Shown here one piece after another: positions 12,125-24,085 of a stretch of DNA of 64,000 nt. The position numbers were made by a program, and so were the translations under genes. This DNA comes from Histomonas meleagridis 2922-C6/04-290x (taxonomy: Eukaryota > Protista > Parabasalia). The stretch spans positions 248,001 to 312,000 of the forward strand of contig JAANOX010000002.1 in NCBI GenBank assembly GCA_020184695.1, read 5' to 3'. The notes under the pieces are model-generated. The model did not search any database. It saw only the letters and a program-made list of their open reading frames with translations, and was not told the DNA's origin. Each line of letters begins with the position of its first letter. Positions within the stretch are counted from its first letter, which is position 1.

Positions 12125-12315
12125 ATCTTATTTCGTATTAATAAATACTCTATGAATCTGAAATTTTTGTGCGCACACACACAAGTTCCGCATCTCCCTA
12201 AGTGTTTCGATATTTATTTTTGCATTTGCGATTCGATGTGTTTACTTTACTAACGGTCACTGTTCGGCCGTTTAGAAAATTTTGAACAGTTTATGTTTTA
12301 CAACTTCTTTGGACA

Positions 12316-13917
12316 ATGGGAAGAACAGCAAAAGAAATTTATAATCTGATAATAAATTTGAGAAATTCAGAGGAAAAAATTCAAAATGATTCCATAAAAG
12401 AGGTTCCTGTTATTTCATCAACAATTGGCTCATATCGAACTGTATCTGAATTGATTCCTTATATTGTTGAAACACCAACATTCTCTGAAAATCAATGGAT
12501 ATTAATTCTGAATGTAATTCCAAAAATTGACATAGGAAAATATAATGAAGCAGAATTAAAAATGTTCTTTACTTCATTAATTCCAATTTCAAAATTAGAA
12601 TCCAGAATTATACGGTCTGAATTTGTTAAATGTTGTATGCTACTAGCTAAAAATATCAAAGCTGAACAAATTTCTGAAATATTGAATCCATTTTTAACAA
12701 AAATCTTAGGCAAAAGACCTGTTGTGAGAGCAGCAGGAATTGCAGTTTATGCAAACGTAATCAGTTTAATTTCAACACAATTAAAATCTACTATTTTTGA
12801 ATCTTTAGCAAAGAATATCAATAAAGAACCAATTATTGTTCGACAATCATTTACAGCATCATGTCCATTGATTATTCCATATTTAGATGATAATCAAATT
12901 TCAACATTACTATCAATAATATCAATTATGGCCGAAGATGATTGTTTTTCTGTTTCGTGCGAAATTCCAAATGCTCTAGCAAAGTATTTGGAACAACATT
13001 CTGATATAGAACAAGTATTAAAAATTGGAGATAAATTACTCAACTCAAAAAATTGGAGAGTAAAATGCACATATATTGATTCAGTCTCAGATATCTTTAA
13101 AGGCCATTCTATTGAATTTGGTATGATTTACCCAATTCTCAAAAAAGTTGTTTTTTCTCTTGTTGAAGAAGAAGATGAAGTGAAAACCGCCGCAGCACAA
13201 CAAATGCACTTTTTAAGTACTTTACAAAATGTTGAAGCAAACAAAATCAAAATTCTTTTCAAGAACTTTTTCTCAGCTCATTGTCCTCATATCAAAACAG
13301 CTGCAATTTCTCAACTTCCATATTATGTTGGAATTCTTGACAATGATTATATTATCAATCAATTTAAAGGTCTTGTCAAAGATTCCTCCGAAGAAGTTAA
13401 AATCGCTGCTATTGAAACACTTCAATCAGAACGTATTCCAACTGATATCAAATTACATTGCATAGAAATCTCATCAGATTCTATTCAATGGCGCGAAAAA
13501 GATGAAATTGTTCGACTTCTTCCACAGTTATCTGGAGTTCCAGACAAGAAATTTGACTCATCATTCATGCAGCTTCTGTTTGATGATGCTTTTAACGTCA
13601 GAAAAGCAGCTCTTGAATTACTACCAAATCTAATTTCGCAACGCAAAGAATCGTTTAAATCGATGTTAATGCGACGACTATGGTCTTCAATGGATGGAGA
13701 TGATTACCAACTTCGTCAGACAGCTGTTTTGGCTGTGATAAAGGGAAATCTGTTTGATAAAGATGGAATCGAAATCCTTAAACAGGCGGCAGAGGATGAA
13801 ATTCCGAACGTACGGCTCACACTGGCAATGAACATACCACGAGATGAAAAGTTTGCAGATATAATCGCAAAACTTAAGAAAGATAGTGACGAAGATGTGG
13901 CAAATTGTTTTAATTAA
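12316..13917 (+). CDS. HEAT-repeat protein, PP2A scaffold (A/65 kDa) subunit-like
   Basis: Repeated HEAT signatures (SKNWRVK, DSSEEVKIAA, DDAFNVRKAA, DDYQLRQTA, DEIPNVRLTLA). Confidence 0.75.
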   Translation: MGRTAKEIYNLIINLRNSEEKIQNDSIKEVPVISSTIGSYRTVSELIPYIVETPTFSENQWILILNVIPKIDIGKYNEAELKMFFTSLIPISKLESRIIRSEFVKCCMLLAKNIKAEQISEILNPFLTKILGKRPVVRAAGIAVYANVISLISTQLKSTIFESLAKNINKEPIIVRQSFTASCPLIIPYLDDNQISTLLSIISIMAEDDCFSVSCEIPNALAKYLEQHSDIEQVLKIGDKLLNSKNWRVKCTYIDSVSDIFKGHSIEFGMIYPILKKVVFSLVEEEDEVKTAAAQQMHFLSTLQNVEANKIKILFKNFFSAHCPHIKTAAISQLPYYVGILDNDYIINQFKGLVKDSSEEVKIAAIETLQSERIPTDIKLHCIEISSDSIQWREKDEIVRLLPQLSGVPDKKFDSSFMQLLFDDAFNVRKAALELLPNLISQRKESFKSMLMRRLWSSMDGDDYQLRQTAVLAVIKGNLFDKDGIEILKQAAEDEIPNVRLTLAMNIPRDEKFADIIAKLKKDSDEDVANCFN

Positions 13918-14672
13918 TTAATTCAGAGTAAAAATTATATTTTTTTGGAAATGGTATTGATGACAATCATCGTAATGTTACGACAATACGATATCGCATT
14001 TTTATACGATGAGTAATATTCATTTTTACCAAAATGATTGATTAAATTATGAAATTAGCTTGAAATATTTGTTACTCAAACAATTATGCATGTACGCTTT
14101 GATTAGATAATGTTTGTTGCACTTATTAATAATATTCTATTTGAAAATAATTGCACATGAACAAAATAAATTTAAATAATATTTTATATTTATACTATCA
14201 CAATTTAAGAGATATTATTTTTTAATATGTTGCTTGCCAAAATTGTTTATTGAGAAAGATATTTAAGTTTAGTAGTCAAAAGATTTCATAAATTTATTTT
14301 CATAAAGTATTTAATCAGAAATTTCACAGGAGTCCGTTTATCTTTTGGTCATTTTCCGTGTAAAGTATACAAATAACCGCCGGTGAAATGGTGCTTTAAA
14401 AATTGAAAACCAATTTTATCGTACGATAAAAATAAGCCTCAGTTCAATTTTCTGCTTGACAATTTTATTTTAAAGCCTGAAACATTCAAAGTCCACAACA
14501 ATTCCACTTGGCTTCTCAAACATGTGAGTTCTTGAGAAACAATGAATCAAAATGATTCTGACATGTTTTTTTATGAATCACAATGGAAAGGCAAAACCTT
14601 GAGAGCAAAGCGCCTCACTCTTTTAGACATAAACATTTCGCATTGATGCTTAATTACATAATATAGAAAAAT

Positions 14673-15155
14673 CTAAAATATATCAACAAAATTATCATTG
14701 GCACAAACGTGGGCACCATTCGAAATCTTCCCACGGGCAACTTCAACTGAAAATGTTCGTGGTGATTTTGGAGATGTTGTCCTTTTAAGCGAATCGATAC
14801 TTCCGTTTTCTTTTGCGATACGTGTAATTCGCATTTTTCTGTTGGCTTTAGGCACCACAATTGTGCTTCTGCTTCTTAGAGGTGTAATTGACGTTTTATC
14901 ATTAAAAACGGGAACAGAAACTCTGTAATGGGAATCTAAAGGTAAAAAATTCGCTCTGTTATCGGGCGCTTCATTTTTTTCTTTTTTAATAGTCTCAGAA
15001 TCCCAATTAGATGGATAATCTAAGTCAAGCAAATTGCCCGAATTGATCGGGAGCGAGTTCCCCTTTGGGTGCACATCACTACAAATTTTGTTTCCATTTG
15101 GGATTGTCAAATCATAGAAGAAGAAATCATCAGCGTGAAGGAATTGGGAGCTCAT
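14673..15155 (-). CDS. Hypothetical protein
   Basis: ORF with a probable start MSSQFL at 15155, preceded on the minus strand by an Inr-like TCATTT; no family recognised. Confidence 0.55.
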   Translation of the reverse strand: MSSQFLHADDFFFYDLTIPNGNKICSDVHPKGNSLPINSGNLLDLDYPSNWDSETIKKEKNEAPDNRANFLPLDSHYRVSVPVFNDKTSITPLRSRSTIVVPKANRKMRITRIAKENGSIDSLKRTTSPKSPRTFSVEVARGKISNGAHVCANDNFVDIF

Positions 15156-15549
15156 AGAAATGAAATTTCGGCTCAAAATTGAGAATGTAAAAAGACGATG
15201 GTCCCTCAAACTCGGGGCGCCTCATAAATAACCTGTTGTTGGTAAAAGCCGATGAAAAAAGATTTTTTTCGGAACGTCCTAAGCAAAAAAATATTTTTAT
15301 TTCAATATACAATGTTTCAAACAGTAAAACGAAGTTTAATTTTTCTAGATTTATCATCGAAATTAATATAAAATCACTTGAAAAGATAGAGATCGCGCCC
15401 TTATACGTTATTTGACTCCAGCGGGTGGGCCATAGAGTTACTGAAGTTTACACAAAAATTTTACTCTTAAAAAAATGAGAACAAATTCAAAATTGTGTGA
15501 GCATTAAGCGGTTTTTATTGACCATCTTAACCTCACTTCATTATTTTTA

Positions 15550-15801
15550 ATGTCAACTCTTGATAAAGATTTAAATGGAATATATTCAGACGAAAATTGC
15601 TGCAAGAAAAAACGATTAATTCCAACACCAGATTCTGAATTTCTTACATTACGATGCCCTTTATGCAGAGAAACCACGATAGCTTTTTCAAATTCAAACA
15701 CACCCGTGGTATGTTCTAAGTGTAATTCACCTTTAGCCTTTCCTACAGGTGGAAAGATTCAACTTGCAGAATGTGTTGAAGTTGTAGCAAAAAACAAATA
15801 A
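15550..15801 (+). CDS. RPS27: 40S ribosomal protein S27-like (eS27, zinc ribbon), divergent
   Basis: KKKRLIPTPDSEFL..RCPLC...AFS......CSKC....FPTGGK matches the eS27 pattern with both CxxC pairs. Confidence 0.8.
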   Translation: MSTLDKDLNGIYSDENCCKKKRLIPTPDSEFLTLRCPLCRETTIAFSNSNTPVVCSKCNSPLAFPTGGKIQLAECVEVVAKNK

Positions 15802-16155
15802 ATAAATAATTATTTTTCAAATATTCATAATTATATTTGGAGCACCCCAAATATTTGAAGTTTTTTTTTTAATTCTAAAATCTGAAAATTTCGCTTCACA
15901 TCAATCATATTTTAACTTCAAAATAATGTCTTATTTTTATAAATGTATCATATTATTTTAATTTATGTTAATATCCTATATTATTAAAATTAAAGTCCAA
16001 AATTTTCATTTTTGTTTTGATGACATTTATATCAAAAAGTTGATATAATCCGTTAAGCTATAGGGCACCCCGGAATTTGGTGGTTTTTTCAACAATGGAC
16101 GTTTAAGTTCTTGTCAGAACCGTTATTTTTGGGACAAAAAACTGCCTGGTAATAA

Positions 16156-17649
16156 ATGACTGAAAACCCAGAAGTTCTTGAACTCATTTCCGATGCGATA
16201 GAACCAAATGAAGCATCACAAATAAGATTTGCATCAAACATAAAACAGGTAATTGAAGCTCTTCCTTCAACAATAATTTGTGAACAATTAATTCCTTTTC
16301 TCATTAATTGGATGCCAAGAAATTGTTTTGAAATTACTTCTCCAATAGCAGAAGCTATTCCGCAACTAGCAAAAGTAACTGGAAATATTTCAAGTTTATC
16401 TTCCCTTATTGAAGCTTTACTTTCAAGTGAAGATGAAGAAATAAGCGAAATAATTTTACCAATAATAGAAGAATTCAAGAATGACCCATCTATTGACGAA
16501 TTAATTTCTAATCTTTCATCATCTAAATATGATTTCGTTCGTGTTTTCTGCACAAAGATTATTCTATTTTCAGCCAACAATTCACTCCATCTTAAATTTT
16601 TCCAAAAATTCATTGCAGATGAATCATTTTTGGTAAGGTTTGCATTAGCACAAATCATTCCAAAAGTTGAAATCCAACATGCTAAAGTGATTGCTGTTGA
16701 GTTGTCTAAAGATACTCATAGTCGAATTAGGGCATATATTCCAGTTGCATGTTCTAAAATGGAATTTTTCCTCACTGAAATTCTTCCTACTCTCGTAAAT
16801 GATCCTGATTGGTCTGTTCGTTCATCTCTTGCAACTCATCTTGTTGAAGTTACGAATCATTCTGAAGCATGTGATGTAGCAATTAAATTAATCAATGATT
16901 CTGTATGGCAAGTTAAATACTGTGCTCTTAAATCCCTTACCACACTCCTTAAGGAAGACACATCTTTCGAATTCACTCAGGGAGCGCAAGTGCTTTCACT
17001 CCTCTCAAAGCTGATTAGGTCACCCCAATATCCTCTCAAAATTGCGGTTATCGATAACTTCTTTGCTATCGCAAACCGTTGCAAGGATATACCTATTGAT
17101 CAACTTCAGCCTTTCTCAGATAGTTTAGTATCATTGGAGAAGTCAAATATCAAACTTCATTTCATTGAAGAAGTCGCTAAGTCAGGTAATCGAGAATTTG
17201 CCAAATTGGTTTCAGGAAACATTGACCAAATTGTTAATTCTTTATCCAAAGATGACCAATGGAGAGTACGTCTTGGTATTGCACAACAATTGTGTCCTCT
17301 TTCAAAACTATTATCAGATACAAATTGTAAACCAGAATTCTTTGACACATGTATGAAACTTACCGAAGATGAAGCACACCCGGTAAGAATGGCAGCAATC
17401 CACAACTTGGTTGTGGCATTTCTCATGGACGGACCGAAGATTCCAGAATGCATATCTCAGATGAGCCAAATCAACAGCTTCAGAAGGAGACAAGCAGCGT
17501 TAGAGATACTGTCGGAGATGAGGAAGAACACGGACAATCAAGAGTTCAAGGACACGTTAATGGAGAGCATGAAACCATTTTTGCAGGACAGCTGCAGAAA
17601 TGTTGCACTGTTGGCGAAGAAGCTCATCGAAGAAGCAGAAGCTAAATAA
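16156..17649 (+). CDS. HEAT-repeat protein, PP2A scaffold subunit-like (second paralog)
   Basis: HEAT motifs DESFLVRFALA, DPDWSVRSSLA, DSVWQVKYCA, DDQWRVRLGIA and DEAHPVRMAA. Confidence 0.75.
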   Translation: MTENPEVLELISDAIEPNEASQIRFASNIKQVIEALPSTIICEQLIPFLINWMPRNCFEITSPIAEAIPQLAKVTGNISSLSSLIEALLSSEDEEISEIILPIIEEFKNDPSIDELISNLSSSKYDFVRVFCTKIILFSANNSLHLKFFQKFIADESFLVRFALAQIIPKVEIQHAKVIAVELSKDTHSRIRAYIPVACSKMEFFLTEILPTLVNDPDWSVRSSLATHLVEVTNHSEACDVAIKLINDSVWQVKYCALKSLTTLLKEDTSFEFTQGAQVLSLLSKLIRSPQYPLKIAVIDNFFAIANRCKDIPIDQLQPFSDSLVSLEKSNIKLHFIEEVAKSGNREFAKLVSGNIDQIVNSLSKDDQWRVRLGIAQQLCPLSKLLSDTNCKPEFFDTCMKLTEDEAHPVRMAAIHNLVVAFLMDGPKIPECISQMSQINSFRRRQAALEILSEMRKNTDNQEFKDTLMESMKPFLQDSCRNVALLAKKLIEEAEAK

Positions 17650-17912
17650 AATTTAATTAATATTTTAATTCTAATAAGTATTTACATCTAAATAATTTGT
17701 ATTATATGATTTTGTTATTTAATTTTTATCATGTTTTATTACAATATATATAACACAACATTATCACAATATCTATATGATATTATTATTCCATTTCCAT
17801 ATATAATTCATGAATTTAAATGATATTATTTCTCTTTCATCAATTTGAGCTCAAATGTTCATTAAAATAAATAAATATTGATATTATAAAAATATTTACA
17901 AATATTTATTTA

Positions 17913-20900
17913 TCACCACCAAAGGAATTTTCTTTTTCTTTTCTTGTGTACACTTTCGAATATTGGATAATGTGTTTTACATTTAATATCTCTCGTTGGG
18001 TAGTCGACCACATTTTGGCACTCCGCCATTTCGCCCGGCTGGTACAGCTCCTTTGACACGATTAACTCTCCGAACGAATTCATTTTCACTATTACATTTT
18101 CGTCGATTTCATCTAAATCCTTAATTTTTAATGCGTACAAAAACTGTTCCAAGTCATTAAACCATTTATAAGAAGAGAATGGAATTCGAATTATTTTTCT
18201 TTTATTAATTTTCAAGAACGCCACAATTTTAATGAAATCATTTTTATATTTAAATGCTTTAATAACAATTTTCGTTACTTTCTTTAAAGGAATAACTTTC
18301 ATTAAACCAGTCCAATGTTTTTCAAAAAATATTTTTTTACGTCCGAAAATAATTTGTCTTTTAAATCTACTATCCAATTTATTTCCTTTATTTTTTAATA
18401 AGTATTTCGTTTCATTATAATTAAAGTCATTTATAATACCTTTTTTATTATATTTTATTAAAAATGGCTTATGATTTAATGTTAAGTTTAACATACAAAA
18501 CGATTCATATTCATAGTTACATTCTTTAACGAAAATGAAATTATTATTTTTTATGTTTTCATTAATTTTAAATTCATAAAAATTATTATTCTTTAAATGA
18601 AGTCTTTTAATTTTATTATTATGTATTATACGAGAGATTTGATATTTCGATTTAAAGCGAAGTTTTCTAAAAGGCGTTTTTAAGATATCTTTAATCTTTT
18701 GATAAGGAATATTAATTGTTGCTTTATTATTAGGAATTTCAATGAATTTATTCTTAAAATATGATAAATATTTATAACTTTTATCAGTTTCTTTTGATTG
18801 AAGTAATACACTTTCAATCATCCAATTAGAATTATTATAATAAATTCTTGAAATCATTTTATTACTTATTGAAAAGTTATCAATTTTTTGATATTTTATT
18901 ATGAATTGTTCTGGTTCATTATTAAAGATTTGTTTAATACAACCAGAATAAATATTACTTAATGTATAACCAATGATTGGTTTATTTATTGAACAAAACG
19001 GATCATTTGTATCACTAATTATTATTATATCATATAATTTAATAAAATAATTTTCTATTTGTTTATTATCATTATAACGTCGAAATGGAATATTTATTGA
19101 ATATATATCTTTTGCTACATTAAAAATAGTAATATTATCTTTTAAAGTTATTACATATTCGTTTTCATTTAATAAATGACTGCCTTCATTTAATGGTTGA
19201 AGTCCATTCATTTTAAGTATTATTCCTAATTTAGGTAATGATTCATATGTTAATTTTAATAATATACGAAATGTTCCATAAATTTCTTTTGGTTTCATTT
19301 GAAGTGTAAAATTTATATTTTTATAATTGTTTAAATTTGTTAAATTTAATATAAAAATTCTTGTTAAAATTCCTTTCGAATTCTTTGGTAAATTTCGGAC
19401 ATCCATTACTATTGTCGGAATATATTTTTCTAATATAATATCATATGAAAACATATTATTATTAGTTAATAAATAATCAGTATGTAATATTAATGAATTT
19501 TTGCTAATTTGAAAATTATTTATATATAAAATTTGTTGGAAATTTTCTTTCGAATTTCCATCATCAACTTCGAAATCGATTTTTAAATTTATTTTTTCAT
19601 TTTGTTGATAATTCACACCTAAATAAATTATAGGTTCATAATCATTTAAATTATTATTATCAATTTGATAATATTTTACTTTTAAAGGTTTACAAGAAAA
19701 TTCATTTTCATTTTGACAATATTTTAATAATATTGTAAAACTTTTTATATTATTATTATATTTCAAATAATTTAATTTGATTTTAAAAGGATTTTTACCT
19801 TGATATTCATTATATTGTATATCATTATTATTTAATATAATATCATCGAATATTTGGATTTTGTTTGTATTTAATGTATAAGATTTACCTAAATCATGTG
19901 TAATAATTCCAATGAAATCATTTTCTTTAATATCATCAATATAAGTTAAATAATTTGTATCTTCAGGTTTTTCGAATTCTTCTGATAAATTAACTTTTAT
20001 AGCATCAGAAATCATAGTATTAATACATACTCCAGCTTTAAATATGAATGAATTATCATCACCACAATATTCTTTTAATGAATTCGTATTAAAATGATTA
20101 GGTATAAAACTTAATATATCATTATTAATTATATCTTCTTCATAACCTTCATATTTAAATTTACTATTCATTGATGCATTCGTAATAACAAATAATCGAT
20201 TTAAATATTTAATTTCATTTTGATATAATTCGATTCGTGGTAAATCATAAGATTTAATCGAATGAATTCCATCTTTTAAATAATGTAATTTAAGATAAAA
20301 GATTTCTGGCCCTGAAATATCACCTTGTTTACAATAATCACATAATCGTATCGATTTAGGTTGAACTACATATACATTTTCATTTTTATTATCAATAAAT
20401 TTATGATCAATTGAGTTCTTACTATCAAATATACAAAACTTTCCTGATTTAACCGATTTAATAATTGGAAACTCAAAATTCACTTCTTCAGACCAATCAA
20501 ATAAAGAAAATAATCTTAAGCCACCAAATATTTGAAAAATGAATTTTAAACTTTGTGAAAATTGTCCATATAAATAAGGTAATGTACAACTATTAGTATT
20601 AAATCCAAAATCAAATGGAATTTGATAACGACAAAATAAACGAATTGTTAATTCTCCTTCTGTTTTAATCAGTGATATTCCAGCTTTAATTGTAGCTTTA
20701 ATACCAATATCAACAGTAGGCTTTAATCTTAAATATAATTCATTTAAATCTTCTTTCGTATAATTCGTTTGTTTTTGTTTGTTTTTCTTGGTTTCAAATG
20801 ATGGATTCACCCAATTAATATTCGGCGATTTATCTTTGGAACTATATGAAATATGAATTACATTTCCAAGTTTAGCTCGATAATCATATAATAATGGCTC

Positions 20901-22013
20901 AAGTAAATTATAATTAATGTCAAGAAATGAAAAGCGAATAAATCCATATATACCTAACGCAAAATCAATGCCATACATCTTTAATGCGGGAGTCGCATAG
21001 ATAGGTATAGGTATCTCAAAATCGACGCTTTGGTTTTCCCCTGTCTTTGGTAACTTAAACCCAATTCCTGCAATGGATGTTAACTCAATATCAGCTTCCA
21101 AATGATAACCATCATCTTCTGTCTTGATATCAAATGTGGTATATATTTGCGAATATGCTCCCGCTAATAACTTAATAAATCCAAAGTCCCTTTCGATGGG
21201 ACCGAGCTCAAATGGATCTTCGCCCTCTTTGGGCTTGTTCCAATAATAACGAAACCCTAAATAAGCAGTGGATGAACCAGTCGTTATATCTTTTGGCGTG
21301 ATATTAACTGTAAAGCCAATGTTTCCCGTACTCTCTTCTTCCTCATCCTCTTTTTCATCATTATTTTTACTTTCTTCTTTCATCTTATCATTGTTATTCT
21401 CCATTTCTTCTTCATTATTATTATCATTGTTATTCTCCATTTCTTCTTCATTATTATTATCATTGTTGGTTTCTTCTTCTTCATTATTATTATCATTGTT
21501 AGTTTCTTCTTCTTCATTATTATTATCATTGTTAGTTTCTTCTTCCTCTTTTTCATCATTGTTATCATTATTAGTTTCTTCTTTTGCTATGTACATGTGC
21601 AGATTTTTAAATACTTTTCGTTGATCCAATCTTTTGTATGAATATATTTGCACGTCATTGTCGTCTAAAATCTTTTGCTGTAATTCCAATATTTCTTTTG
21701 TTTTCGGATTCACAAATGCGCCTGTTTTAACATCGGATTCCTCTGATAGTAATTTTGATGGGTTTCTAATCAAAGCGATTTTTTTAGTTTCCTTATTTAT
21801 TGCATAGCCTTTAATACCTTTTGATGTTGAACCCATTAAATTCGTTGTTAAATAGAAATCGATTCCTTCTGCTTTATAAAATCCTTTCTTATGTATAGGC
21901 TCTCTCATTGTTTTGTTCACTCGTTTATTTATTCTCTTCATTGCTTTTTGGATTAATAATGAATACTCATCATTAAGTTTGGCCAAAAAGAAGAAGGAAT
22001 ACAGCAGAAACAT
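17913..22013 (-). CDS. Large hypothetical, probably secreted protein with an acidic Asn/Glu repeat
   Basis: About 1366-aa ORF from MFLLYSFFFLAK (ATG at 22013, Inr-like TCATTC/TCACT upstream); Asn/Ile/Lys-rich; no family recognised. Confidence 0.7.
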   Translation of the reverse strand: MFLLYSFFFLAKLNDEYSLLIQKAMKRINKRVNKTMREPIHKKGFYKAEGIDFYLTTNLMGSTSKGIKGYAINKETKKIALIRNPSKLLSEESDVKTGAFVNPKTKEILELQQKILDDNDVQIYSYKRLDQRKVFKNLHMYIAKEETNNDNNDEKEEEETNNDNNNEEEETNNDNNNEEEETNNDNNNEEEMENNNDNNNEEEMENNNDKMKEESKNNDEKEDEEEESTGNIGFTVNITPKDITTGSSTAYLGFRYYWNKPKEGEDPFELGPIERDFGFIKLLAGAYSQIYTTFDIKTEDDGYHLEADIELTSIAGIGFKLPKTGENQSVDFEIPIPIYATPALKMYGIDFALGIYGFIRFSFLDINYNLLEPLLYDYRAKLGNVIHISYSSKDKSPNINWVNPSFETKKNKQKQTNYTKEDLNELYLRLKPTVDIGIKATIKAGISLIKTEGELTIRLFCRYQIPFDFGFNTNSCTLPYLYGQFSQSLKFIFQIFGGLRLFSLFDWSEEVNFEFPIIKSVKSGKFCIFDSKNSIDHKFIDNKNENVYVVQPKSIRLCDYCKQGDISGPEIFYLKLHYLKDGIHSIKSYDLPRIELYQNEIKYLNRLFVITNASMNSKFKYEGYEEDIINNDILSFIPNHFNTNSLKEYCGDDNSFIFKAGVCINTMISDAIKVNLSEEFEKPEDTNYLTYIDDIKENDFIGIITHDLGKSYTLNTNKIQIFDDIILNNNDIQYNEYQGKNPFKIKLNYLKYNNNIKSFTILLKYCQNENEFSCKPLKVKYYQIDNNNLNDYEPIIYLGVNYQQNEKINLKIDFEVDDGNSKENFQQILYINNFQISKNSLILHTDYLLTNNNMFSYDIILEKYIPTIVMDVRNLPKNSKGILTRIFILNLTNLNNYKNINFTLQMKPKEIYGTFRILLKLTYESLPKLGIILKMNGLQPLNEGSHLLNENEYVITLKDNITIFNVAKDIYSINIPFRRYNDNKQIENYFIKLYDIIIISDTNDPFCSINKPIIGYTLSNIYSGCIKQIFNNEPEQFIIKYQKIDNFSISNKMISRIYYNNSNWMIESVLLQSKETDKSYKYLSYFKNKFIEIPNNKATINIPYQKIKDILKTPFRKLRFKSKYQISRIIHNNKIKRLHLKNNNFYEFKINENIKNNNFIFVKECNYEYESFCMLNLTLNHKPFLIKYNKKGIINDFNYNETKYLLKNKGNKLDSRFKRQIIFGRKKIFFEKHWTGLMKVIPLKKVTKIVIKAFKYKNDFIKIVAFLKINKRKIIRIPFSSYKWFNDLEQFLYALKIKDLDEIDENVIVKMNSFGELIVSKELYQPGEMAECQNVVDYPTRDIKCKTHYPIFESVHKKRKRKFLWW
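21385..21590 (-). repeat. Coding 33-bp minisatellite (TNNDNNNEEEE units)
   Basis: Translation shows about 5-6 imperfect 11-aa units ETNNDNNNEEE / MENNNDNNNEEE. Confidence 0.8.
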
Positions 22014-22807
22014 TTCTTTAGTGAATGATATGATGAAAAGTTTTGTTACTGAATTCACTCTCAGAAAAATTCTTAGCGAAAGTCATCTTATTCAAATTAA
22101 TATTAAAAAACGTAGTGCCATGGATTTTATGATATCGGTTTAGTAAATACAACAAAATCTTTGAGTTCAAAAACTGAAATTGTTCCTATATCAAAAGATG
22201 ATCATCCTTTTCTAAAATGATAATTTTGCATTAATAATATTATTTGCGATTAAGTGAATGTATATAAAAGTTAAAAGAGAAATTGAAAAAAACATATTAT
22301 TATTTATAGCTGCAATTGTTAACAATAAAGCTTTGAGTTCAATTTCAATTAAATATTTTGAAAAATTGTGAATAATTTATAAACCATCTCTAAATTCGGT
22401 TTCTATATAAATGCGTAATCAACTTTCTGTAATGTATGTTTTTCCATATTTTGAGGTATAAATTCAAACATATAATATTTCATGCAATATCTTTTAATAT
22501 TAGATTCCCATGGGAATATCGAAATTCTCAATTCTTTTTCATTTAGAAGTAAATGAGTTTCAAAATCTTATATTACATTGATGATTTGAGGGATGCATTG
22601 TAGTTATTTCTGTTTCCAAAAAAAATATTTCGCGTTGATCATTATGCCCAGTAAACTATTCAATTAAAATCTCTTTGATTTTCTGCGCACCAGTTCCAAA
22701 ACGATCAATTTATATTCATTTTAAGACGATGCATCGTTCTTAATTCAATATAACCGTGACCGATTCAAAATAAATGCGATTTGATCGTTTTGCAAGCCTA
22801 AACCCAT

Positions 22808-23836
22808 ATGAAATCACATAGTCACATAACAGAACTCACAAAAAAATTAGAATCATACGATGGGTATACGCCAATTTCAACAATCGGGATTGGAACATTT
22901 GGCGCTGTTTTTCTTGCAAATGATTCCGAAGGGAACAAAGTTGCCATTAAAAAGGTATACCTCGACCCTAAATACAAAAATAGGGAACTCGACATTGTTT
23001 GTAAGCTTAAACACCCAAATTGCCTTCGATACATAACCCATTATAATACAAAAGAAGGGGTTAATAATTCTGTTTTCCTTCACCTTGTTACTGATTACTT
23101 ACCAGAGTCTTTAACAACGTTTATAAATAGACAACCATTTCCACCACTCTTATTTATCAAGTTATTTGGTTATCAATTATTTTCTGGTCTTTCATATCTT
23201 CATCATCACGGAGTGTGCCACCGTGATATCAAACCTTCTAATGTTTTAGTAGATCCAAAAGATGGCCGCCTTCAAATTTGTGACTTTGGAAGTGCTAAAT
23301 TTCTTATCCCAACAGAAAGCTCAGTTTCTTACATCTCAACAAGATGTTACAGAGCTCCTGAACTCCTTCTTGACTGTCCTAAATATACCACAGCAATTGA
23401 TACATGGGCTGCTGGTTGTGTTTTAGCCGAAATGGTTCTTCATGGCAAACCTTTATTTTGTGGATCTAATAATAGAGATCTTCTCATGAAAATTGTTCAA
23501 GTAATTGGACCACCCCAACAATCTGATCTTGATACATTCATTCATAAGAAACAAACTGGGTTCTTTGGGAACAGAGTAACATCGCTTAAAGCTGTGCTTC
23601 CTAATTATATCCCTGATGATTTTATTGATTTACTTCAAAAGATATTTCTTTATGCGCCAGCTAAAAGATTAACTGCAGATGAGTGTATGAGGCATCCATT
23701 CTTTGCAGAACTGTTTAATGATAATGTAAGAATACCTGGAAGTAATGTGCCATTACCTGAATACTTAAAATTGATGAGAACTCCAGAGGAAATGCTGAAA
23801 AATTTTCCTTGTGGTCCAACGCTATGTAGGAAATAA
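22808..23836 (+). CDS. GSK3: CMGC kinase, GSK3/shaggy-like
   Basis: GIGTFG, VAIKK, HRDIKPSN and DFGSAK are present, with the activation segment SVSYISTRCYRAPEL and KYKNRELDI typical of the GSK3 family. Confidence 0.85.
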   Translation: MKSHSHITELTKKLESYDGYTPISTIGIGTFGAVFLANDSEGNKVAIKKVYLDPKYKNRELDIVCKLKHPNCLRYITHYNTKEGVNNSVFLHLVTDYLPESLTTFINRQPFPPLLFIKLFGYQLFSGLSYLHHHGVCHRDIKPSNVLVDPKDGRLQICDFGSAKFLIPTESSVSYISTRCYRAPELLLDCPKYTTAIDTWAAGCVLAEMVLHGKPLFCGSNNRDLLMKIVQVIGPPQQSDLDTFIHKKQTGFFGNRVTSLKAVLPNYIPDDFIDLLQKIFLYAPAKRLTADECMRHPFFAELFNDNVRIPGSNVPLPEYLKLMRTPEEMLKNFPCGPTLCRK

Positions 23837-24085
23837 AATCATTGGTGTTTGAAAAAAAAACATTTGTTCAATTTATGAAAAGAAAAACAATAATTAAACC
23901 ATATTTCAAGTCACTAAACATTATACGATGAAAAATAAATTATGTATAATATGGAAAAAGGATCATTCTTTCATGGAAAGATTATTTTACGAATGCGAAT
24001 GTGTAAAATATAAACTTGTGATTTTTGGATCGTCATCTCAAAACAGAATTCAATATTTGGGGCGCCCCTTTTCTTAGTAAAGTCC

